Shown here piece after piece: positions 35,091-46,499 of a stretch of DNA of 64,000 nucleotides. Numbering within the stretch: position 1 is the first letter of the stretch; each line of letters opens with the position of its first letter. The DNA is from Hydrolagus affinis (taxonomy: Eukaryota). Location: positions 62,001 to 126,000 of the forward strand of contig JAAILG010000007.1 of NCBI GenBank assembly GCA_012026655.1, written 5' to 3'. A program made the position numbers and the translations under genes. The notes below the pieces were generated by a model that did no database searches, was not told the DNA's origin, and saw nothing but the letters and a program-made list of their open reading frames with translations.

Positions 35091-38000
35091 AATTATTTTT
35101 TGGCCACAGAGAAGATTATTTGGAAAGTACACAAGACTTAAGGGGTGCCTTTTCTGACACTGAAGACTATTTAGATCAGGGCCTTATTTCTGCCGATCGC
35201 TGTGCGAGCAGAACATCTTCTATAAATTCCTGGTCTGAGAATTTAAAGCCATCTTTCACTCAAAAGCTGAAGTTCAAATCTGTCATGGAAGGAGCACAGG
35301 CTACTTTTAAATGTAAACTGGTTGCTAGTCCAGTGCCAAAGATCGCATGGTTTCATAACAATAGACCCATACGCAAAGAGTTGCGAAAAATTCTTAAAAT
35401 AGAAAGTGCGATGCACATTCACAGCTCAAGTTTGGAAATCAACAATGTAGAAGAGAAAGATTCCGGGAGTTACAAAGTGTTTGCAATAAACTCCGAGGGG
35501 TCTGCCGAAACAACTGCGTCTTTACTAGTTGGTCTTAAGGAGGAGCAGAATCTGAATTATCTGAGCTTCCTGAAACGATCAGAGATGATTCACAAAAACA
35601 TAGACACTTTGGTTAAGCAAAGGAGACAAGCCAGACTGAAAGTCGATCTCAAGCACGTTGGGTCTCCCTTCGACAAGCATGCAGTTAAAGGAGCTTTGGG
35701 GAAACTACCCCATTCCAGGTGCAGGCTGATACATACCGTGTATATTAATAATACTCCTGCAACACCAGTACAAGATGACCCACAGTCAACTAAGCTCTTT
35801 GGGAGGATTCTGGACAAGGACAATTTAATTGATGAAGATATTAAAATCAAACTCCAGCTTTTACGTGAAGCCAAAAAGAAAAAGCGATTTTCCCTTGCAC
35901 TATCTGAAGCTTCATTTGACCTAGACACACCCTCAGCTGAAGATCGTATGAAATGGAATTGTGCTTCTCTGGACAGAAGGCGTAGCAGGAGCATGGGAGA
36001 GCTTGGTCACTTGGAATATCAACATAGTCAATCTTACTTTTACGAAGAACAAGCGCAAACATCAGGAGAATACTGCCCGACAGAATCTCCTGAATTTAAG
36101 CATCGCATGGAAAGAATACTGGGACTTGTTTCCCAAGAGGCAGAACCACAGAGACCCACTGAAGAAAACATTATTGAAGAATCCTTGAGAACAAAAGAAA
36201 AAAAGTCAATAAAAGAGCGGTTCCTGAGCGGTGATTTGTTCAAAGAAACAGAAGGAAAAAATGATTGCAAACATAAACTGGAAGAACAAAGAAGTGAAGA
36301 ATATTATTTTCAGAGAGAAAATGAAGGACTTGAGGCAGTGTCTGACCAGTATCCTGCAGCTGTTCTTGGTATCCAGAAAGATGTACCAATAAGACATCCT
36401 GAGATGGTTGACCAAGCTAAATCAGCCGCAAGACACACAAAGGTAAATAAACGAATAATACAGTGTGAAGAAAGTGTTATAAAGTGTGCAGAGCCAGTGT
36501 CACCAGCTGTTTTATCAGAGGAAAAAGAACGGTCGGCTTTTATGAAAACAATGAAACCAGAAACTCGGTATCAATCTGAAATAGAGGAAAACCTTGAGAT
36601 GGTTTCCGATGATCAGTGGTCTGGAAGTGTGACCAGTGGAACGAAAGACTTACTTGCCAATAAACCTGAAAATGGTTATGCATTGCTTGACCAGCCCAAA
36701 ACAGAAGAATTTACCAGTGACCACACATTCAGCCAAAAGCCATTCAGACATCTTGAAGACGATCGTAAAGATTACACTGTCATCTTAACACCTTGTTTAC
36801 CAACAGCAAAAGAAGCCTTTTTCAACACACCAAAGAAAGATAATCTAGTGGAAATAAATGAACCCTCCAGTCAATTTTACATTGAAGAACATCACATGGC
36901 AACTCCTCCAGATCTAAGAGAAAGCTCTGTTTTTGTTAGTGCGTTCACGAAAAAGATACCAGCTGAAATAAAAGAATCTGAGCATCAGTATCAGATAAAG
37001 GAAGAACATGAGACACCTTCTGAGACAAGGCAACACAGCGCTTACAGTTCACCCAGAGTCTTACGAAAACAGAGACCTGAAGTTGATCACACAAGTATCA
37101 GCCAAGCCAAGTCAGCAACCAGCAAAACAAAGTTTATCACTGCATCTAAGGTCGATAAAGTAGAAGCACAATATGTGCATAAAGTTGAGCGTGATGCCCA
37201 GATACTGAGACCTACTCCTTTACGAAAGAAACGGGAAGTCTCAGCATTTGACCCACAACAAATACATGAAACAGTAGCAGGAGTAACAGAGCCTCTGTAT
37301 AAATGCGAGGAAAAGGAAGACCTTCGATTTCCTTCCCAAGAACCTGAAAGGATTATCAGGAAGGAACAGGGATTTCTGATAAACAAACGTGAATATGACC
37401 ATGCAATGGCCAGTCAATCCAAATCACTAACTACAGAAGCAGAGTTTGTGAATACATCAAAAGTCAGCCCAGAAGCACAACACAAAGTCAAGATTCAAGA
37501 TTATTCCCAGATGCAAAGGCCATTTCATTTAAGTGCATCGAAGAAAGAACCTCCAGCAGAAATAATAGAACCTCCATTGCCTAGAAGTTTTGTCAGTGTG
37601 CAAAGGGTCTTCCCGAGAGACATGCCCAAAGTTCATCAGGACACGTCCTTCCAAACCAGCTCAATGCTGCAACAGACAGAGGTTGTTGGTGTGCCTGAAA
37701 TCAGCCAGAGAAAACTACAGAATAAATACAAGAAGCAAGACTCCAGCCAGATTGTGGGAACTTTTCATTCACTCGAGAAGAAAGAGGCCTCAAACCCTGT
37801 CAGAACACCAACAGAAATATACGAACCTCCATGTGAATTTGAAGTTAAGCAGGACTATGAGGCATTTCCTGATCAATGGTCTAGTAGTTTTATTCATGAA
37901 CAAAGGGATGTGATGAAAGATAAACCTGAACGTGTTCATAAGATGACTAATCAATTCATACCAGCAACCAAACAGTCAGAGATGTCCACCATCTCTAAAT

Positions 38001-38492
38001 CCTGCAAGGGAGACCCACAAGAGGAAGGCAGGGTGGAAGAATCCACCCAGATAGTGAGACCTTTTCCTTCAGCAGTGAAAAAAGAAACATTGGCTTTCGT
38101 TAGATCATCAATGGGAGCATCTCCAGTGAAGATGAAAGATCATTCCTATAAATCTGAGGCAATTGAAGAATCTACAAAACAAAAAAGTTCCAGAGTGAAA
38201 CAAAGACAGCTTTCTCCTCCTATGTTTATCCTTGATCTCGAATCTCCTGAAATCAAGCAAGGGGAGATGTGCGTTCTGCAGTGCCAGTTTCATGCTCAAC
38301 CACAAGCTATGGTGACATGGTACAAAGATGAACAGCCAATTTCGCGAACCCAATGTTACAACATTCACTCCACAGAAAGCAAATCTACATTGACTATAAG
38401 CAACAGTTACAAAGAACACGAAGGAGTGTATACATGCGTCATATTCAACCAGTATGGAACTGCAAAAACATCTGGAATCCTCAAATTAAGAG
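35091..38492 (+). CDS. ttn: titin Novex-3 (exon 48), first part, two Ig domains
   Basis: ELF...RGAFSDTED...ASRTSSINSW...KPSFTQKLKFKSVMEG; GAG|GTAGAC donor. Confidence 0.88.
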
Positions 38493-38595
38493 GTAGACTT
38501 CATTACACTTGTCAGATTTTCTTATTCTATTTTGTTAATGTATACAAATGTTAATTATTTTTTCAATAAAATTAAAAATTGTCTCTATTTCCTAG

Positions 38596-41500
38596 ATGAA
38601 CTTGTGACACCTTTCGATGTACATGTGACTCATGCCCCAGAGGAATGTACTGATGAGCAAGACTTTGACTTGTTGGCTGAAAAGGAAGTTGAGTTCTTCA
38701 ATACTCCATCTACTGTGACAAAATCAACCTTGCAATTACCTGGCGTTTTTGTGCCTCGATCACGCCCTAAAAATCTGTCTTTGCTTTCCGCTCCTGTTGA
38801 AATTAAAATAACTGCTCCCACTCCAACACCAGAGCAAGATGAAGAACGAAGGGAATCTTACCCTGCAGATGAATTGGATTCATCCCAGGATCCCTTCTCT
38901 CAGACTACAAAACATAAATTTAAGTTCTCTTTTGATGTGATTTCTGAAGCTCCAAAGGTTGTAAAAGAATTAGAGCCAATTTATTGTGTCGAAGGGGAAT
39001 CTGTGATGTTTGAATGTCTGATTTCTGGAGAGCCAGAACCTGTTGTTGTCTGGCTGCAAAATGACAGACTTTTATTAGGTGGTAAAGCTAAGTATCGATT
39101 TGTAGAGAGCAGAGGAAAGTACAGATTATATATTGATGGTGTTTCAATGTCTGATTTGGGGAGCTATAAATGTGTGGCTAACAATAAAGCTGGAGAGGCA
39201 CAGAGTATTTCTAGTCTTACGATAGAGCATGCAGAACAGAGTTTTAACAAAGCTAGAGAAACACAAAGTATCTATAGCCCTAGGATAAAGCCTGCAGAAC
39301 AGAGTTTAGATAAAGCTAGAGAAACACAGGGTATTTATAGTCCTAGGATAGAGCCTGTAGAACAGAGTTTTATTTGCCATCTGAAAGATACTGAACCATC
39401 TGATGAGGAAGATTCGACTATGAGTCGGTTTCTGCTCAATCTCAGTAAAATGGGGCAGGAAGAAGGCATTAAGCAGCAAAGGCAATTATCACTACAAGAA
39501 GGAAAAAGAGTTCTTTCTCCTTCACATGGCACACAGGAGAAAGCGTTTACTCTCATGCCCGAGGAGGGAGCTGGAGTGACTTCCATTTCCACTGAATCTT
39601 CAGGTGAAATGCTATCTTTAAAGGAGAAAGGAAGAAGTGTACCGACGGATTGTAAAGTGGCAGCAAATGAAATGTCCGCGAAAGCAGAAGACGAAACATT
39701 TTCCATTAGCCATTATTTACGCTTTCTTGACTTTGAGGGACAGGCGATAACTGAAGACTCCAAGGTGGAAGAACAAACTGAAGCAAGAGCACACACATAT
39801 ACTGTTGGAGGAGAATCGTATGAAGAGTGTACCTATTCCGACAATGTAGCTAAACATCCCACTGAAAGTCATGGGACACAAGCTAAAGTTTCCAAGGCAG
39901 ATTCAGCCGATGATTCAATGTCTAATAAAAGTATCACCTGTATAAGTGTCGACTCAGCAGACGCTGTTCCTACGACGTATGAGGAAAGTGGAAGTTTTTC
40001 CCTCTCAGAGTACCTCCTGACGGCAGGTCATGAGGAAGCTCCAGTTTACCAAGATGCAAGTAACGAGGCATTTGATTATGAAGAGTCTGGAATCACCTCG
40101 ATGGAGATTGAAGAAGTAACGTTCGGAGCTGTTTATGACTACTACAATCAGAATGAAGAGTGGGCGCGCTCTCTTTCTCCCGAGTCCGAAATGTCGATCG
40201 AACTCGGCAACACCACCACCACCACCGATGAAATAGAGAACGAAAGATTTTACACACCGCCCATGGCTTCAGAAAATGTGAGAACGGTTATATCGGCAGA
40301 GTCGTTTCATACCCCTCTTCAATCTCCTGGTTTCATGACACCTCCAGAAAGATTGCCTTCACCCAATGATTCAGCAAAATCTCCTCTAGCTGCCCTCCTG
40401 GAGAGGTTTTATACTCCGCCAGCGTGTTTTAGGTCACCAGTAGATGATGGTATTGAAACAAAACCTCTGGGGGATTTAAGCTCAACTATGGGAGAGAAAC
40501 GGTCAGAATTCTTCTCGACACCTCCTCAGGAAGCAGAAGCTAAAGGGAATGAAATGCCTCCTGGGTTCATCAAACCACTTACGAGGAAAAAGATCTACGA
40601 AGGAAACACACTCATGTTCATGACTGAGGTGATCGGCTGCCCTATCCCCGATGTTACGTGGTATAGGAATAAATCTTTACTCGAGTTGGATCATAGGATT
40701 CGATTGGAAAGGGAAGGGAATTTGTGTACGTTGGTAATTCATGGCGTTCACAAAGAAGATGAAGGGGAATATATTTGCCATGCTGTGAACATCATAGGAG
40801 AAGTCAAAAGCAATGGGCAGTTGGATGTCTTAACACAAGACGCCAGATCAGTTGCATTACCTCCCCTAGTGACCCATCAACATGTGATAGAGTTTGATGT
40901 CCAGCAAGATCACATGTCGAGATCTCCTTCACCACAAGAAATTCTGCTTGAAGTTGAACTTGATGAGTGTGAGGTGAAGGAATTTGAGAGGCAGATCAAA
41001 ATCATTACGATTCCCGAATTCACGCCCGACAATAAAAACATGATTGTTTCTCTGGACGTCCTTCCCATGATGCTTAACGACGAACCCAATATGGACTTTG
41101 TCACCAGAGAGAATGACGACGTGAAAATTGACTTTGAAGTGACTGAGATGCCTCCCCGATTCACCAGCCAGGTTTTTGATCTGGAAATTCCAGAGAAAAC
41201 CGATGCCGTCTTTGAATGCTCGGTGACCGGTATTCCCACCCCTGAGGTGAAGTGGTTCAAAGATGATTCATGTATTATTTCAGATGGCAAGAAATACATT
41301 GTAATGGCAGATAATTCGAATCATTGCCTTAAAATAACCAGCGTTTGTTCCTCTGACAGTGGCACGTACAAGTGCAAAACTATAAATAGCTCAGGGGAAG
41401 CAATATGCAGAGGTTACCTTGCAGTAACTAATTCCTATTTAGCACTTGCAAAAACAGGTGGTAAAGCTGTAGCAGCCATGTCACTGGGTAGCGCTCAAGA

Positions 41501-42059
41501 ACAATCACAAGAGTTAGATGTTCTCATTGGGGGTTCTATGCTGCATGACAACCAGGCTTCAGAAATTGAAGTCGAGTTTGAGTTTGAGCAAGGTGGTGAC
41601 GACTCTCAGAAATCTCTGAAACTCGTAGCTGTAACGGAACAGGAAGAGAAAGGAAACGGAAAAGAGGAACGTCTAAACATTAGCTTTGATGTATTTGCTG
41701 AACCTGCCAAAGAGGAGACCATTGAGTTTAAAGCCGAGGGCAGTGAGACGTGTACATTTGAATTTCAAGTCATAGAAATGTCCCCAAAGTTTGTAAAATC
41801 CCTGATTAATTGCAATACATTTCTAGGGAGCTCAGCATCTTTTCAATGCACTGTAACTGGTACCCCCAAACCTACTGTTACTTGGTATATGAATGATAAA
41901 ATGCTTCAAGGTGGCAACTATATGTTCCAGGAAAAAGAACCAGGACATCATTTCTTGGTCATTCCATTTGTTACAAAACATGATGTTGGAACGTACAGGT
42001 GTAAAGCTATTAATAAAGCTGGGAATGCAGTCACAGATGCCATTTTAAGAGTGTTCTAG
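38596..42059 (+). CDS. ttn: titin Novex-3 terminal exon, four Ig domains, ends at TAG
   Basis: PVEIKIT, KHKFKFSFD, ERFYTPP, NEMPPGFIKPL, RSPSPQEILLEVELDE motifs; stop 42057-42059. Confidence 0.9.
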
Positions 42060-42403
42060 CTGAATAGTACTTGCTATTCTTTCTGTATGTCCAATGTCTT
42101 ATATTTTGAGCATTGCAAACTATGCTACTTTGTTCTAGACTTGTATGGTAGTATACCTATGAATTTGCTAAGTTCAAAAGTGTAGAATTTTTCTTCTTAT
42201 CAAGAACTAAATACATGTTTGTTAGAAACATGGAAAGCTCCTTGAAAGCTGTTGACGAAATAGTGGATTTTTACAGGAAGCTTGGTGATTCCTATTCACT
42301 TTTTTTTACTCTGAAGTTTGTTTGTTCGTGTGAAACAAAGGGCTAACCTCTATTATTGAGCTCAGGCCTAAAGGGTTTTACATCAAGCAGGGCAACCAAG
42401 TAT

Positions 42404-43365
42404 CATAGAATCATAAAATTATACGGCACAAAAGGAGGCCATTCGGCCCATCTAGTCTGTGCCGGCTCTTTGAACAGAGCAACTCAATCCTGCTGCCCAG
42501 CTTTCTCCCCATAACCTAACAGACCTGCTCTTCCTAAATAAAGATCTAGTTCCCTTTTAAAAGCTGTTATGGAATCTGCCTCCATCACCTTTTCAGGCAA
42601 TGCATTCCAGATTCGAACAATCCGCTGAGTGAAAAAATTTCTCCTCAGCTCCCCTCTACTTCGTTTTGAAACTATTTTAAATCTGTGACCACGAGTCACT
42701 GATACGCCCACCAGTGGAAACAGTCTTTCCCTATTCACCCTGTCGAAACCTCTCATTATCTTATAAACCTCTATTAGGTCTCCTCTCAATCTTCTTTGTT
42801 CTTTGTTCTAGAGAGAATAAGCCTAGCCTATCTAGCTTTTCCTCATAGCTGAAGTCCCTCATTCCTGGTAGCATCCTAGTAAATCTCCTCTGCACCCTTT
42901 CGAATTTTACACAGTACTCCAGCTGAGGCCTAACCAAAGTCTTATAGAGGTTAATCAGCACTTCCTAACTTTTGTATTCTATACCCCTATTTATAAAACC
43001 TAGTATCCCATATGCCTTCTTAACGGCTTTGTCTACCTGTCCTGCCACTTTCAAAGAGTCGCTAACACAAATCCCCAGGTCTCTCTGTTCCTTCACACCC
43101 CTTAAAATTGTACTATCTAGCCTATATTGCCTCCCCTCATTTCTTCTACCAAAGTGTATCACTTCACACTTCTCTGTATTAAACTTCATCTGCCATGTGT
43201 CTGCCCACTTTACCATTTTATCTAAATCCTCTTGCAGATGGCTACTATCCTCCTCACTATTTACTATTCTCCCTAACTCAGTATCATCTGCACATTTGGA
43301 AACCGTACTCCCTGAACCCAAATTCAAATCATTAATGTATATTAAAAAGAGCAGTGGTCCCAAAA
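42404..43365 (-). mobile_element. 5'-truncated CR1 LINE (RT C-terminus, frameshifted)
   Basis: GPLLFLIYINDL...ADDT...WQMKFN.EKC; LVRPQLEYCV; RGDLIEVYKIM...FFTQRIVRIWNALP; ATTCTATG tail. Confidence 0.93.
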
Positions 43366-44134
43366 TATAGTTTGAACAATTTTAATATGGAGTACTGCAG
43401 TATACCTAGATGTGTTCTTGTTGAATGATTATTGTTTCTTAGTTAAAACCTATAAACTAACTTTAGCCTTGATCATAAACTCATGCATGTTTTATTAGTT
43501 TTGCAGTCTGATAACTGAGTTCAGCACCTCACCATATGACAAAGCTCAGGTACAGAAGTTTGCTTTCAGGCATTGATTTGTATTGATGCTTTATTCAATA
43601 TGCAAGCTCATTCATTGAGTTCAGAATTTTAAATCTTTAAACAGAGCAGATATAATGAATTATTTTCTATTTGTTACTAAGGCTGAAGATTTGAGTTAAC
43701 TAACCATACTTAACTCATTGTGGAACGTGACAGCTAATTTGTCAAACGGTTGCATATTGTTAGTTAACTTAGCAAGAAAATACTGGGAAAAATGTACCAA
43801 GTTGATTTCTAAGATTCTACTTTTTAATCTCAGCAGTTGAGAGATGCCAGTTTTTAGTTTTTCTTAATTATGGATAGAGGATATCTAAAATGGTCTTATC
43901 TTGTGGAATAGTTAGACACTGGGTACTTCTAAGTTGTGGGTTCTGAGATGCCGTCCGGGGTGCAGGGCGCTATATAAATCCAAGTTGTTGTTGTTGGCTG
44001 CGTACTTTGATGTTGGATTCCATGAATTATATTAACATTGTATGTGACCTGAAATGCTTTGTACTGTTTATATCATGGCAGCAATGAATTTGAGTGCTCG
44101 TTACCCTACACCAGACATTGGAAGCTTAGCATTT

Positions 44135-44440
44135 CCTTTCTCGCTTGGCTCCACTGGCTGTCCCACAAGGGATCAAGATCCTCACATACAAATCCCTCTA
44201 TGGCAATCTTAATTCTGCAACCTCATTGACCTTAACAATGTCAACCCGGCCATTCCCTCTGATTAGCAAACACTGGCATGCTTTGTGTTCCTCACCCAAG
44301 TCACCCTACCATTGTTTAGCTGTCAGTTATTCTGCCCTGCTCTCTGAAACTCCATCCGGGAGCCACACTGACCTGCCTCCTCCAGCCTCACTTTTAAAAC
44401 CCACCTTAAGACATCTCATTGATGGTGCTTTTGCTGAATT
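44135..44440 (+). mobile_element. old L2 LINE fragment
   Basis: LHWL...IKILTYKSL motif remnants. Confidence 0.45.
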
Positions 44441-45866
44441 ATCACACCCGACCCAAGAACCAGCCACTCTCTTCATCTTTCCCCACCAGTTATAATGTAG
44501 GCTGTATTAAGGGAACACTTTAAACATTGTGTTGCCCCTCTCTTAAGTGTTGGGGAATGAAGTTGTATCTGCATGATGGGGAAGTGAAGTTTCAGAGCAG
44601 TGATTGATAGTATGGAGAGAGAGAGAGAGAGATTTGCAAGTAGAATACATCAGAGGAACCCGAAAAAAGTTGAGGTGGCCTTATTATGCAATATGCAATA
44701 AGATGGAAGGTTTCCATGCCTTGGAGTGAGTGTTCAGAATTTGGTACGTCTGATCTTATTTATTCTGGGTAATTCTTTCTCTCCCTTTAGTTCCCTCTCG
44801 TAAACCAGGAAAAGTATCTTTCCTGCTTGGAGGAGTGAATAGGATCGCTTTGTCCCTAATTGTGTGTTCTCAGTAAAAGAGCTTATTGCTTAGAACATTC
44901 AAGGTGTAAAGTCTTATTCTCTGCTTAATGGCATAAAGAGCATGTATCATATGAGGGATTTCTAAAAATTGCTGCTGAGTAAATAGTTTGATTTATTGTG
45001 TTCTGGGGCATTTTAAGTTAAGTTACTTTTAGCTAGCGTTTGCAGGAGGCAGGAGGAAATCCGTCTCCCCTCTCTCTCTGTCAGTTAGATAAATAGTTTG
45101 GCTTGTTGAGATGTGGATGCAGTAGAGTGGTAGTTTGTTGCATTACCAATAGGAGGCTGTACTCTGTGTGGTATAACTGGATTTAAAATGTGTGCCCGTG
45201 TAAGTCTGCCAAATGAGTTTTTGAGTTGTCTAGAGATCTTAGCCATGGTACAATCCATCTGTAGACAGTTGTGTGCTTTCAGCAATGCAATGGAGCTTGC
45301 ATATAATAAATGGCATTCATGTTTCCGGTTCACATCTTTCATTATTTTAACAGTATATTGATATTTTTGGTTTCCAATTTGTTAAATTGCATTTGGAAGA
45401 GATTATTGTTTTCAACTAGAATATGACATTTGGTCGAATGCTTCAACAGTTAAAACTGGGTTCATTTTTTTTAATGTTATGATTCGAAAACAAAATCATC
45501 TTAACTTGACATTTGATATAAAGCAACATCTCAATCAGTTGTGGGCTGCTGGTTCATCATTTCTGTCAATTTGCGTTTTGAATGATCAACAATATAGTAG
45601 TCTGAATGCACACATTGTTTTAGCACGTTATTTGCCCTATTTATGTGTACCAATGATCAAACTTATTGGTTTAGCTAAAACATTCAAATTTGTCTAGAAT
45701 GGCAAGGTTCACAAATAATATATTTTTAAGTTTTTTAAGCTTGAAACATTGTTAACTTTGAAAACTCCTTGCACTTACAGTACAGTATACTTGTACTTGG
45801 TAGTATTTCATGTTCAACTTGTTTTCTTGGTACATTTGTATTGAAAAATACACATTTCACAGATGG

Positions 45867-45872
45867 AATAAA
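45867..45872 (+). terminator. candidate polyadenylation signal of Novex-3 transcript
   Basis: AATAAA with upstream TGTA elements, between the Novex-3 stop and the N2B acceptor; other AATAAA at 42537 and 45305. Confidence 0.4.
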
Positions 45873-46499
45873 GTTTGTTAGAAATGACTTTCCAGCCTCT
45901 TTGATAATTTATAATATGCTATAGAAGTCATGCAATAACATGATTCAGTATGACAGTCATTGAACTAGATTTCGGTTATATTTCCCTATGCGGAATGAGG
46001 ATACCATCCTATCTTGATCAAACTGCAAAGTATAGGGCTCCATTTTTCTAGTTATAATATGGAATGGGGCAACACAGATTTAAAATATTCTCAATGTGTT
46101 TATTTGTGAGTAAACTAACTAGCCTTCACAATGCGCTTTATCTCTACAAATGCCAGTGAATGCACAGTCAAATAATTAATTTTCCAATTGAGTAATGCTG
46201 TATTTTGTGAATTTAATCTACTTTTTGGTATAATGTCATCTCCATGTCAAAGGTAATTTCAGGTACAGCATCATTTCCCATCCTGTTTTGCTGGGCAATA
46301 CGTTTGCTCATGGTTCTTCTTGGAAGAAAATATTTCAGTGATTCATTTTTATTATTTAAAAAATATATAGTTTAACATAGAAAGCTTTAATATGCTACTA
46401 ATGATTGCCACCATTTTCACTTTCCAGCAATAAGAAGCATTACTCAGAATCAATATGCGTTTGCTTCCTAAAATGCTAACCATATTATTTTCTATACAG

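Noticed and set aside
38493-38595. Programmed frameshift between the two Novex-3 ORFs
   Set aside because: A canonical phase-matched GT-AG intron explains the frame change more simply
42484-43363. Reverse-transcriptase ORFs as a functional gene or novel RT system
   Set aside because: 5'-truncated, frameshifted CR1 LINE relic
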